From: Eledone cirrhosa
Taxonomy: Eukaryota
Direction: 5' to 3'
DNA: 64,000 nt
Assembly: GCA_964016885.1 (NCBI GenBank)
Contig: OZ024741.1
Span: 52,452,001 to 52,516,000 of the forward strand
Shown: positions 40,883-53,959 of the stretch, piece by piece
Position numbering within the stretch: position 1 is the first letter of the stretch
Layout of the letters: each line of letters begins with the position of its first letter
Made by a program: the position numbers and the translations under genes
The notes under the pieces: generated by a model
What the model saw: the letters and a program-made list of their open reading frames with translations, nothing else
Database searches by the model: none
Told to the model about the DNA's origin: nothing

Positions 40883-42454
40883 CTAATTATAATACGTGAC
40901 GTATTCTATTCTATAGCGATTAGGTCTTCAAAATGTTTATTATAAACATACAGAATATTTTCGAATATTCTATGTCTATATTCACATATATATCGCTATT
41001 TCAGAGCATTTATTCCAATTTCTAATTTCTGCCGGACCGGCAACCGCTCTTTCAAACCAGTTCCTGTACACAGCTAAGTATTCTATAAGTCTCTAGCTGT
41101 GTCATTCTCGATAAAAGCACTGGATATGTAGTCCTGATGATTTCTAACGAGAATGAAACGCGTAGATTACTTCCCTTGCTTTTATCGAGAATCTAATTAT
41201 AATACGTGACGTATTCTATTCTATAGCGATTAGGTCTTCAAAATGTTTATTATAAACATACAGAATATTTTCGAATATTCTATGTCTATATTCACATATA
41301 TATCGCTATTTCAGAGCATTTATTCCAATTTCTAATTTCTGCCGGACCGGCAACCGCTCTTTCAAACCAGTTCCTGTACACAGCTAAGTATTCTATAAGT
41401 CTCTAGCTGTGTCATTCTCGATAAAAGCACTGGATATGTAGTCCTGATGATTTCTAACGAGAATGAAACGCGTAGATTACTTCCCTTGCTTTTATCGAGA
41501 ATCTAATTATAATACGTGACGTATTCTATTCTATAGCGATTAGGTCTTCAAAATGTTTATTATAAACATACAGAATATTTTCGAATATTCTATGTCTATA
41601 TTCACATATATATCGCTATTTCAGAGCATTTATTCCAATTTCTAATTTCTGCCGGACCGGCAACCGCTCTTTCAAACCAGTTCCTGTACACAGCTAAGTA
41701 TTCTATAAGTCTCTAGCTGTGTCATTCTCGATAAAAGCACTGGATATGTAGTCCTGATGATTTCTAACGAGAATGAAACGCGTAGATTACTTCCCTTGCT
41801 TTTATCGAGAATCTAATTATAATACGTGACGTATTCTATTCTATAGCGATTAGGTCTTCAAAATGTTTATTATAAACATACAGAATATTTTCGAATATTC
41901 TATGTCTATATTCACATATATATCGCTATTTCAGAGCATTTATTCCAATTTATATATATATATATATACAGGGAGAGAGAGAGAGATACATTCCGTTTCA
42001 AATACATACACACAAACACACACATATATATGAATTTATTTATTTTAAATTTTTATTAAAATGTTGAGATTACTTTCCAGAGCTGCACAACTTCACGATT
42101 ATCGCTGATCTCATAATTATTTTCAGGTAGAACATGATATTAATAAATAGGAAATAGTCTTCAAACCAAGAACCAGAACCACACAGGTACAATGGAATAA
42201 ACCACGCTAAAGTCAACTAAGAACAACTTGGTGGTTTCAAAGACATTAGAATGCAAAGAGATGAAATAAATACCACCAAGGCATCTCGTCCGACACACAC
42301 CATCAATTCTGCCAAATTATTATCCTATTGACACATATTTAAGAGTTTATGCATACATAATTCTGTAGAACTCAAGAAAATAAAAATACCTGACGTTCTA
42401 CATTTTGTTGCACCGATTTCTTTTTATGTGTAGATAGTCTGCTAATTCGAGGAT

Positions 42455-42586
42455 TATATATATATATATTAAAATAACAGATTAAAGTTTAAGCAAAGAA
42501 TCGCTGCTTTCACCCTTAACGTTAAAGATGAAAGCAGCGATTCTTTGCTTAAACTTTAATCTGTTATTTTAATATATATATATATA
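42455..42586. repeat. Spacerless palindrome of about 130 bp within (AT)n
   Basis: Centre TTAAC|GTTAA at 42520/42521. Arms are complementary except for two positions. Confidence 0.92.
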
Positions 42587-42658
42587 TATATAGGGTTCTT
42601 ATATATTTATCCTTATCGGGCCCTCTTTGGATTTTAGTCTTCACATTTATTATTATTG

Positions 42659-42712
<54 letters not shown>

Positions 42713-42716
<4 letters not shown>

Positions 42717-42940
42717 AGGGAAGTAAGGTTCTATACAAAACAGTGGTTTTAGAGAAAAGGTGAAGTTGGAAATAGCACGGAACATAAATTTTAGAGTTTG
42801 ATTTTCTTTTTTTCCCTTTCTTTGATTCGTCAAAGTGACATTATTGAACAAATGAGAGGGACAATTCTTAAAAAAAAGAGTTTTATAAAGTATAACCGGT
42901 TTAGATGTATTAGTAACATTAATCTTATCAAATGTTGAGT
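42713..42940 (-). mobile_element. Diverged solo pLTR of the 12296 PLE family
   Basis: GGTTCTATACAAAACAGTGG..TGAAGTTGGAAATAGCACGG shared with about 12310-12362. Degenerate HHR (TTGATAA...TAAA CCGG TT). Begins at (AT)n. Confidence 0.75.
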
Positions 42941-43199
42941 ATTACAATTAAAAAGAATTAATAAGAATTAATAAGAATTAAAAACTAAAAATTAAATATT
43001 TAAAATTAACAGGTAGGTTTTTTTCATCTTCCTTGTTGAGAAAGAGACTGGAAAAATGAACTCTTGTGTATATATTGAGAGAGATGAAGTCATGGTAGTA
43101 GCAGCAACAGTGTTGGTAGTTGTGTTTCTTTACATATATGTATATCAAATTAAAAATACGAGGAAATGATAGACAAAAATATATCTATTTTTTCTTCAA

Positions 43200-43293
43200 A
43201 GTCCCGACTGCAGTTTCGCCGAATCCATTTGCAGCAATATGTACTCTAGAAGTGTAGCATCACTGTGGGGTTCATAAGGCTCATCAAGAGACC
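43200..43293 (-). ncRNA. Hammerhead motif, core UUGAUGA, extended stem II
   Basis: GGTCTC-TTGATGA-GCC...GGC-GAAA-CTGCAG-TC-GGGACT. Confidence 0.7.
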
Positions 43294-43408
43294 CCACAAA
43301 AAGGACTGTTTCTTGATGCGTTCGTAACAAGGGAGAAATTATCGAGAGGTGGAGAGAAATTATCGAGAGGTGGAGGGAGAAATGATACAGTGGTCACGTG
43401 TATATCAT

Positions 43409-43462
<54 letters not shown>

Positions 43463-43465
43463 TGC

Positions 43466-43484
43466 GTGCGTGTTCCATTTGATG

Positions 43485-43520
<36 letters not shown>

Positions 43521-43557
43521 GTATATATATTTATATTGCATCAAATGTAACACGCAC
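43466..43557. repeat. Inverted repeat (about 26-bp arms) enclosing (AT)n
   Basis: GTGCGTGTTCCATTTGATGCAATATA / TATATTGCATCAAATGTAACACGCAC, one mismatch. Confidence 0.85.
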
Positions 43558-44956
43558 ACATGTATATATGTACATGTGAGTATGCGTGACCTCGTATTCA
43601 GTTACTCAATTATTAGTATTTGTGTTATATTTATTGGTGCATGCACAAACCATACCGTTATTCTAAATTTAGCGATTTCCAGAGCAGGGCGACAAATTCA
43701 TTTCCTCGGATACCATTTTTTTTTGCAGTTATTTGAACTGTAACGAATTTTAAACTTTGAGTTAATTTCTTTTTTCATAGCTCTGTAACACCTCCGCACC
43801 ACTCACCTACCGTGCTCATTTTTTGGGTATTTTTAGATTAAAGTTAATTAAATCAAATAAAATTAAATTAATCAGCTAATAAAATGACTGATTAGTATAT
43901 TAATAAATTAAATATTAATGAATTTGCAATATTCAAGAATGCGCTAACTTGACCGGCTTTCAACGTTAATCGTGTTCTCCTCTGAGAAGGTATACTAGGT
44001 TGAATTAAATTGAATTAATTTAAATTAGAATATGATTAATTATTAGATTAACAAATTAATTAATATCGATGATTTTAGAGTTTACAGTGCCTTAAAAGAA
44101 TGCGGTACTCACATCATCAAAACATGAAATAGCTAAAACGAAATAGCTAAAACGTCACTACAATTCAACTACTTGTAATACCATGCAAGAAAAAAATTAG
44201 CAAATATTTAACTAGTTATTGATGAAATTTTAATACCTTCCCCTATCCAAATTGTAGTTTCCACGACGTTCTTAGCTCTGACAAGGCTATCCTCAAGTTT
44301 ATAAACGGAAAAGGAAGGGAGCGTTGATGAAACGGTCGTGATTCTCTTGCTTAAAAAAGTGTCACATCTGTTTTAATTTCGTTTTCTGATTTGCTTACTA
44401 GATCCCCTTCTTATCTATTTACCTCTATTATTACCTCGTTATTAAATGCTATCGATTTTATTTTTATTACTCACTTTATAGTGCCCCACTACCAGTTTCT
44501 AGTCATTTTTTCTCGTCAAATGCTGCTTTTTGGGGGTTCATCTCAAGAGAAGTCAATAAAATTACTAAGATGCAAAGGGTTAATAGGAAGGGAAAAGGAC
44601 AAGACCGAGAGAACATGACTCAAGAAAAGAGAATATGACGATTGATGTTCCTTTAGAATGTTTGCAAATTGTAGTAGTCAGGAAAGCAAATAACCGGAAG
44701 AGAATTCCATAGGTGAGATGTACTAGGGAAGAAAATATCAGAATAGAATTTGCGATTGCATTTAGGAATATCAACTGTTAATGGATGAAACAGCCACCAA
44801 TCAGGTGCTTCGTTTTAAACTCGCGAAGCTGAGACAACAAAAAGAGAAAGCTCATCAAAACAATTCTTATGAAGATATATAAAATAAAAAAGACTCTGAG
44901 AGGCAACAATTCTACGGAGTGATAGTGACTGAAACCGACATAAGTTAGTTCAAATA

Positions 44957-45085
44957 AATTGTTTCTATTTTTGGCACAAGGCCAGCAATTATCCCAGTGC
45001 ATTATTAGTACTTTATTTTTTCGACCCCGTAAGGATGAAAGGCAAAGTTAATCTCGGCGGGATTTGAACTTAAATCATAAAGGTC
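44957..45085 (-). mobile_element. SINE family A, 5'-truncated
   Basis: AATTGTTTCTATTTTTGGCACAAGGCC...CGACCCCGTAAGGATGAAAGGC...GGGATTTGAACT. Confidence 0.85.
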
Positions 45086-45974
45086 AAATAATGTTGGATT
45101 TTATGCAGACTCTGAAGGTACACGATAGAAGCAACAGACTAGATGTGCTAACAATACTCAATATAAGGACCTGTTAGTGTAAGCAATGCGAGCCAAGAAC
45201 AACACATTTAGCATTAGATTATGTAGACGGTCAGTTGAAATTGTGGTCTTCCTGTATTATCGTTGTCTGCTGACATAACAAATAGTCTATCTAGGCACGA
45301 TCAGAATTTTCTGTTGCATATATTTCATGCCCAGCCCATACTGGGGCTTCGGAATATCCAATCGGTGCCGGTGAGACTTCCAAATGTTTGAGCAGGTTTT
45401 GTAGCTTTTACAGCACTAACTCCCATCTACTAAACCGACATGATCCGAATTTGCATCTAGGATGCCATTTCAGTCTCCAATACAGTACAGATTTTCCCAA
45501 GGAAGCTTTCTGACACTCCTCCTCCTCCTCCTCGTTAAATAAAGGGATTTGCTATATGTAGCATAACTTGGGTAGAAACAATTGTCAGTTAATAAACGCC
45601 TTAAACTCTAAGCTCTTAAATTCTTTGCTTTGTAACAAACTGTTACTATATAACAGCTCTGCATGGTTCTGTCATTGCATTGAGTTAACACATAAAACAC
45701 AGAGTAAATGAGTATATTATCATTATCTCTTTAACTCTTTCACCTGTTCCAGCCATCCGGCTGAGGCCATGCTGGGCCATATGTATATGTAGCTTTTCGC
45801 TTCTGTATCTTTTATATCTCCATAGTTAATTGATTTGGCAATCAACGTTTATCATTGATTGACCAGCGGTTAAAAATCATATAAATATATATATATATAT
45901 AGTCTATCAAAGTTCTTTCGCTGTACATCTGCAATAAAACAAACAATACAGAACTATGAGAATATATATTAGTT

Positions 45975-46090
45975 TAAAACTTGATATAGTAGGAAAACTC
46001 TCTTAATGTTTCGGTCATCGGTCCTCCATCAGAAGATAGATAGAGAAGTAATAAAATAAATAGAAAGATAAAGGTTAGTAAGAAGAGTTT
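45975..46090 (-). mobile_element. Short pLTR-like family member with degenerate minimal HHR (45999-46036)
   Basis: CTGATGG-AGGAC CGAT GACC-GAAA-CAT-TA-AGA. Confidence 0.5.
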
Positions 46091-46341
46091 GCAACGGAAA
46101 CAAATTATTTTCAAGAAAAAGCACGTGTATTCAGCTTGCCATATATCTATATAAATAAAAGTCGAATCGTGTTCGTCCGTGTGTCAGTCCGGTCGTGAGA
46201 TGAATGAGTTAACACGAAGGAAGGGGGATGGAGAAAATTCTACGGTGAAAAAAAAAAAAATCAAACAGCTTTTCAACTTTTGTACAAAGCTTTGTATCGG
46301 TATATATATATATATATATATAAATATATATATGTAATCAA

Positions 46342-46437
46342 GACGTATCTGAGGACCTTGCGATTTTCAGAGTCAGGTTCGATCATCACATCGATCGTGC
46401 CTCGAGCTGGTCGCCAGAGAAACGATTGTAATATGTC
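46342..46437 (+). ncRNA. Type I hammerhead ribozyme in a 150-bp island between (AT)n tracts
   Basis: GACGTAT-CTGAGGA-63-nt stem II-GAAA-CGATTG-TA-ATATGTC, then AATAAA. Confidence 0.8.
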
Positions 46438-46523
46438 CAATAAATTCCATTCGTCGCAACACTGATTCTCTTTTTTTCTGTGATATATATATATATATAT
46501 ATGTGTATATATATATGTATATA

Positions 46524-46589
<66 letters not shown>

Positions 46590-46591
<2 letters not shown>

Positions 46592-47036
46592 GATAAATCT
46601 ACCAAGAGTTTACGGTAGTGTCCAATCCGTATGAAGAACTCAATGTATTCCGGATATCATGGAAAGAAGAGATGTAATGAAAAATCACTTTCGGTGAAAG
46701 ATAAACGGTATACAGAGTCAAGATAAAATATTAAACAAATAATGAATAAACAATGAAACAGTTCCTTATATTAAACAAAAAAAGTTCATTATTTAACGAT
46801 CGTTTCTAGGATATATATGTGTTAGAATTGGCATTATTTCTGAAGACGGCGTATATATGTGTTGGTATGTATATTTAATCTTGATAGTTTGTATAATTTT
46901 GTATAATTTTGTACATAGATCTGTTGAATATGCATGCCAATTCTAACACATATATATCCTAGAAACGATCGTTAAATAATGAACTTTTTTTGTTTAATAT
47001 AAGGAACTGTTTCATTGTTTATTCATTATTTGTTTA

Positions 47037-47043
<7 letters not shown>
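46590..47043. mobile_element. Two pLTR-like fragments fused head-to-head (inverted), flanked by (AT)n
   Basis: About 46725-46833 is the reverse complement of 46934-47043. Left end is similar to 56645-56860. Confidence 0.8.
46832..46981 (+). ncRNA. Type I hammerhead ribozyme with about 115-nt stem II
   Basis: CATTATTT-CTGAAGA(46840)...TATATATGTGTT/AACACATATATA...GAAA-CGATCG-TT-AAATAATG. Confidence 0.75.
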
Positions 47044-47094
<51 letters not shown>

Positions 47095-47164
47095 AGAATG
47101 TAGTACAGCATAATCGAAGCTTTGGTTGCGGGCAAGCTAACGAATGCTGTCGGGAAGTGCAGCC

Positions 47165-47217
<53 letters not shown>

Positions 47218-47839
47218 TGTAGGTGTGTGTGTGAATGTATGAGTGTGTAAAAGGGAGGAAAGGGGATATACTCTTTTACCCGTTCCAGCCATCCGGCTGA
47301 GGCCATGCTGGGGCACCGCCGTGGTGTAAAAAAACTATGCTCTCAGTGAGTGTATGTGTCTCCAAAGGAGAATCAATTGGATATGTCTAGTATATATATG
47401 TAAGTGCGTATTGCTAGTATACGCACACACTCACACGCACATACACACATACACGTACGCACAAACACACACATACACACATGCACAAACGCACACACAC
47501 ACACACACACACATGTATGAGTGTGTACATATACAAATATGGGAAATTCAACTATCTGTTACAAAAGTAGCGACCTATTAATTTCGTTATTTAAGACAAG
47601 AAGTATATGAAGATAAATCTTTACAAAGGGACATTATTATAACAACACGAACAACTTCAACAACAGCAACTACAACAATAACAGCAACAACTACGGAAAA
47701 TTACCAAAATCGATAATCATGTAGTGATAAATAATCATTTACTAACATCAAAAGACTATGTATACATAACGAATGCGAATTTACATACATAAACGTATGT
47801 ATGTATATATATACACACATACATATGCATACATAAACG

Positions 47840-47900
<61 letters not shown>

Positions 47901-47910
47901 ACATTTATAA

Positions 47911-47943
<33 letters not shown>

Positions 47944-48145
47944 TATTTATGTTTATGTGTCTATATGTATATATATATATATATATATATACATATACAC
48001 ACATAAACATAAATATGTATATGTATATATATATATTTATAAATGTATACATGCATATATGTATGTATATACACTTATATACATGCATACATATATATAT
48101 ATATATTATATATATATATATACATACACATACACAAACGCACAC

Positions 48146-48285
<140 letters not shown>

Positions 48286-48464
48286 GAAATTAGAATTTGG
48301 TTTCTCGCTAATACATAGAAATGTATTTGTAAGTTCCATATCCAATAATATTAATAATATTCGATTCGTTTGTACTCAAACTTAGCGTAATGAGACTGTT
48401 TGCTTGCAAACGAAACGAATCGAATATTATTATTATAAAACTCGGGTGGAGTATGTATTATAAA

Positions 48465-48660
48465 GGGCGGTGGATTGGCAGTATCGGTGGAGGGTCGGAC
48501 GCCATGCTTTCCAGCATAGTTACGTCCCTTTACGATCTGAGTTCCAATCCCGCCGAGTTTGACTTTGCCTTTCATCCTTACGGGGTCGATAAAATAAAGT
48601 ACCAGTAATACACTGGGTAATTTGCTGGCCTTGTGCCTAAAGTTAAAACAATTATTATAA
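48465..48660 (+). mobile_element. Full-length tRNA-derived SINE (family A)
   Basis: A box TGGCAGTATCGG, B-box-like GAGTTCCAATCCC, core GCCTTTCATCCTTACGGGGTCGATAAA, tail GGCCTTGTGCC..AAACAATTATT. Confidence 0.85.
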
Positions 48661-48850
48661 AACTCACAAATACACATATATATTTATGTGTGGTAGTGTG
48701 TGTGTTTGTGTGTGTGTGTGTGTGTGTGTATGTATATATATTTATACATATATATATATGTATGTGTGTGTGTGTGTCTGTGTGTCTGTGTGTGTGTGAC
48801 TAAAAACATATATAAACGTATATAATATGTTTATATTCAATAAACATATC

Positions 48851-49133
48851 GGAAGCCACTGGGGAAGAAATTATTTTTTCGTAACGAAACGAATGAAATT
48901 TCATTTTGTTCTATCTATATGCAAATGAACATCACCAGCAAGTGATCATCGCTCAAATTTCTATATAGACTAAAGTCTATTTCATACTAGTACGGTTTGA
49001 ATGAGTGTCCCCAGTGAAAGAGTAACAAATCTTGAACCAGCGCTGTTTGACATACTCAAAACATACTGCCAACTCTGTGATATATTCATAGAGGAAAATA
49101 GAGAAAAATAATTTTTTCGGCTGCGAGGCTTCC
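48851..49133. mobile_element. Possible MITE
   Basis: Imperfect TIRs GGAAGCC...AAATTATTTTT / AAAAATAATTT...GGCTTCC. TSD unclear. Confidence 0.35.
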
Positions 49134-49154
49134 TATGTGTGTGTGTGTGTGTGC

Positions 49155-49247
<93 letters not shown>

Positions 49248-50534
49248 CACGTATGTAAGTATATGCATATATGTAAACATACTATATATATATATATATA
49301 TATACTTATATGCATACTCACATACCTAAATGCATACACATGCATATATATATACATGCATACATACACACATATACATACATATTTCGCTTTCTGAAAG
49401 TGGGGAAGTTGTCCATATCCTGAATTGCAATATCTAAACATGTATGAAATACATGGATTAGTTCAGGTTATATGATTTCTGTTCCGTGCTAGTGCGATAA
49501 ACATATATGAAGCTACCGCACACCAATATCGCAAAATTAAATGCAGTTTAATCAGCAATACAAATATTACATTGCTGTTTATATTACAAGCTGTTTTATG
49601 CCCATTTTATTCTACACTACATCCGTCACATACTGAAATCAGAAGCTTCGGCGAGAGAAAGAAAACAATGATTTCAAAGCGAAACTTTTGGGAACACGGC
49701 GGATGGATAATTCTGCTTTTCGGTTTGCCCCAGTAGATTCGCTTGACTAGTTAAAAGTCCAAGCATGCAGATACTCCCACTGACTCATTGATACAGATAG
49801 GGAGTCAAACAGTAAATCTTACTTGTATAAACATACATATACAAACAAAGGCACACACATACATATGCACACACATATACGCACGCCCAAAATCACAACA
49901 GCACACATTCTTCAAACCTTCTCACACACGTTTCGGCTGACCGTAGAACTAAATGTTTTGCGGTATTTGCTCTGGCTTTCTGCACTCTGAGTTCGTATTA
50001 TGCCAAGGTCAACTTTACCAGTCATCCTTTCAAGGTTGATGAAATAAAGTGGCAGTCCAGTGCGATGGATTGGTGAAATTGTTAGAGATGCATCGGATGA
50101 AATGCTTGCTGCATTTGTATCAGATCCTTGCGGTTTTGATTTCAAATCTTGCTGCAGCCTATTTGAGTAATAGACTTAATCCATCGCACCACCTCAACAC
50201 TACCTCCAATAGTCCTTGGGCGTCTTTATTAAACACTCAGGCTACATCTCTAGTTTTAAGATAACTCAATCCTCCCTCTCGGCAGTCTTTGAAGTTGAGA
50301 AAAGTGTCATGGACAGTTTTATTCCCATCCACCAAAAATAACCTCACATATCTGGATATTCAGTATAGATATTAAAAACCGAGGTACTATATACTATAAA
50401 AGAACTAACTACTACGGGGTTGCACGACTTGCTGCAAATACAAAACTCTATTTGATACCATGATGTATTAATAAATCTCATAAACAGAAGGGCAATTTTG
50501 AATAGTATTGTCCTTGATACGTTATGCTTTAAAC

Positions 50535-50812
50535 CAGACATGGGCAACCTTTTTCGAGAAGCGGGCCGCATGAGATATGGCTCATCATCAGGGGAGCCGC
50601 AAGAGCTAATTTACATTCGTGTCCACATTAAAAAAAGGGTGGTAACTCAGGTTGTTTTGATTTATTTCTTCAGAAATCGTACACGTTATTTTCCTCGATC
50701 GTAAAAATAATTACGACTAGAAAGTTTGGGTAAAAAAAACAGAAAGATTTCACTTAGGTGACTTAGGAGAGCCATTTAGAAAACTTCGCGAGCCGCCGGT
50801 TGCCCATGACTG
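50535..50812. mobile_element. hAT-superfamily MITE (278 bp)
   Basis: TIRs CAGACATGGGCAACC / GGTTGCCCATGACTG. Perfect 8-bp TSD CTTTAAAC at 50527 and 50813. Confidence 0.9.
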
Positions 50813-52118
50813 CTTTAAACAAACGTAGGGGTTATAAGCAGTTGAAAAGCTATGTTTATAGGGTTACTCAGTCAAAACTGACCTGAGACAACAGCAACAA
50901 CTACATTTTAAAAGGAACGTTTAATTATCTTCCATATTACTATATTTTCTTACATTTACTGTATATGTGAATACATTTTAGTTCTTTGACGTTCAACTCA
51001 TTAAATGTTATTTTCTTTATAACTATCTAATTATCTTGGAGTTGGTGTCCGAGACAAATTTAATTAATTTTCTCACACCGACAAATGTGTAGAATTTACT
51101 ATAATTACTTAGTATTTTGCATATTAATACATCAGCAAGTTGAATAGAGGTGACACTATGCTGATGATCTTTCATTAAAATGAAAATATATCGGTGACAA
51201 AATATTTGTTTTGTTTCACAGTTTTAATATTTAATTTTCATGTTAGCACAAACCACACGAGAGTGGTAAAAGCCTGATAAAATTGGATCGAATGCCTTGC
51301 TATATTTGTTCCAGCTTTCTACCCTCTACGTTCAAATTCCACCAAATTCCATTTTCATTCTTTCGATGGTCGATAAGGAAAATAGCAACCAAGTACAGGT
51401 GCGACCAACACCTCCTTCTAGCTGCCACAATCCTTGATGCTTTGCTGGGTCAAGGTTGGTAGGGTTGAGCTTATGATGGAGGTGGGATGCCTTGTGCCCT
51501 TTCTATGTAAGATATTAAATCATAGAAATGAATTCATAATAGCATGTCTTCATTAGTTAGCATACTAATTTTTTTAACAGAAGATATGACCCAAACTAAT
51601 TTATTTCATTTTATTCTTTTTATCGATCCTTTTACCTTAACTTTCTACTTGTATTTTAGATTAGTATCTATGTTAAGAATTAATTTTGGCCTCTTTCGCA
51701 TCCTGCTAGTTTGTTAATGTTACTTTAACCATCATATTTATTTATACCCTTTATAGCTATCTCTAGACTATATAGGTACTATATATTAATCTCGTTTTTA
51801 TATATTATGACTCTCTCTATAATTGAATGTTTACTCATATATTTTAGATTACATCTATGGCTTAAGGCTCATACCAAAGTTTAAGTAGTAATGTGTATGT
51901 CTGTATATGTATGTGTATGTATCTATGTACATGTATATATATATCTGTAGTTGATGTGTATGTATGTATGTATGTATGTATGTATGTATGTATGTATGTA
52001 TGTATGTGTATGTATGTATGTATGTATGTATGTATGTATGTATGTATGTATGTATGTGTATTTACATATATATATGTATGTATATGTATACAGTTCTACG
52101 CACGTTAATGTATCTCCC

Positions 52119-52237
<119 letters not shown>

Positions 52238-52366
52238 TGTATTTGTATGCATAAAAGTTTGTGTACGTATAACTAGAACGACATCTATCTATGTGTCTAT
52301 ATAATGTACTTATATTATATCCGTATATATACATGCACAAACACACACACACACACATACACACAC

Positions 52367-52466
<100 letters not shown>

Positions 52467-53050
52467 GTGTGTGTGTGTCTGTATGTGTATATATATATAC
52501 TTATGGGTGTCTGTATATGTTTGTGCTTGTTTATATAAAGAGCGTTATTGCTCCAATCAGTCTACTCACCCTCAGTAAATACCCCAAACCGAACGCCAAC
52601 CTGTACCCACGACTCATGCCAAACAAACTGTACTCATCCTCCAGATTCTTCAAATCATACGCGGACCACCTAATTTCCCAAATTCGGCTTACGTACCAGA
52701 CCATAACCGCCATCGAATGGGAATGTCAGACTGTTACCAAGCTGTAGCTATCATATTACGTACCGTAGTTTCTATTCTTTGGCTGGTTTGATGTCAGAAA
52801 AAGTTCATGGTGAAGCATTTATACTGGATCCTATTAGCCAGATCCCCACTTTCCCTCAACAGAGTTACCAATGGGTACGACGTGAACGATGACCTGACTT
52901 AAGGTTAAAAAAGTTAAAAAGAGAAAGTTAAAAAGACTAGAATGTTAAAAGACTTAAAAAACGTGAATATATTTTTAATATATATGTATACATACACCCA
53001 AACATGCACACAGTTCCACACACACTGTCACACACGCATACACACGTACA

Positions 53051-53126
<76 letters not shown>

Positions 53127-53814
53127 GTATATATAGTGTATTTTGCAATACACTGTATGCTTAATTAAAAGCATTTCGAAGACCTTATGCTATTGTTTTA
53201 GAGTAGTTGGGGAGACTTGACGTCAACAGGGGGAGAAGGAGGAGGGACGTCTACTGGGCTAAGTCCCACCCGGTCCCACGTCTCACAGGTGGCCTCACGT
53301 TCTCTGAAAACAGAGGGTTCTGTTATATATATATCGTCTGCGACTTCACAAAACTTACGTTTACTGAATTCGTAGAACTGACCCCTTTATCTTCTTCTTC
53401 TTCTTCTTCTTCTTCTTCTTCTTCTTCTTCTTCTTCTTCTTCTTCTTCTTCTTCTTCTTCTTCTTCTTCTTCTTCCTCTTCTCTCCTTTTTCTCTCTCTC
53501 TTTTTTCCCCCCCGTCAAACTTGGGCGAAATTCTTTCCTTGCTCGCATTTGATGGTCTTTTGTCTCTTGTTCACGATTTCACAGAGTTTATATTCATAGA
53601 GATCTGGGACTTGTCTATTTCTACTCACTTTCCGTTGCTAAAACTTTTTTGTTGTTACTCTGGCGTCCCCCTTTATTTACGTGTCCCAACGACTTTTTTT
53701 AGCCGTTGTTCGCACCAACCCGAGGCATATGGCCCTTAAAGCGATGAAATGCCCAGGACGGTTGGAGGGCTCACTTTTTCATATATATATATATATGAAG
53801 GACTCACTTTTTCA

Positions 53815-53846
<32 letters not shown>

Positions 53847-53959
53847 CACACACGTTAATGGATAGCCGTTCCTTCACATGAGTTCCTCTGTCCTTTGACG
53901 GGTTTTGTATTTCGTCTCGCATGATGTCCGATAACCCCCCTCCCACCCCACACACACTT

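Larger units (their letters stand above)
39114..41951. mobile_element. Palindromic tandem array of a 310-bp hammerhead-containing unit (retrozyme-like)
   Basis: AGACATAGAA at 39121, 39431, 39741, 40051 and 40361. Inversion at about 40559. ATAAAAGCAC at 40801, 41111, 41421 and 41731. (AT)n on both flanks. Confidence 0.92.

Noticed and set aside
48465-48555. tRNA genes (A and B boxes here and at 9388, 25972, 57490)
   Set aside because: No cloverleaf; they continue into SINE bodies.
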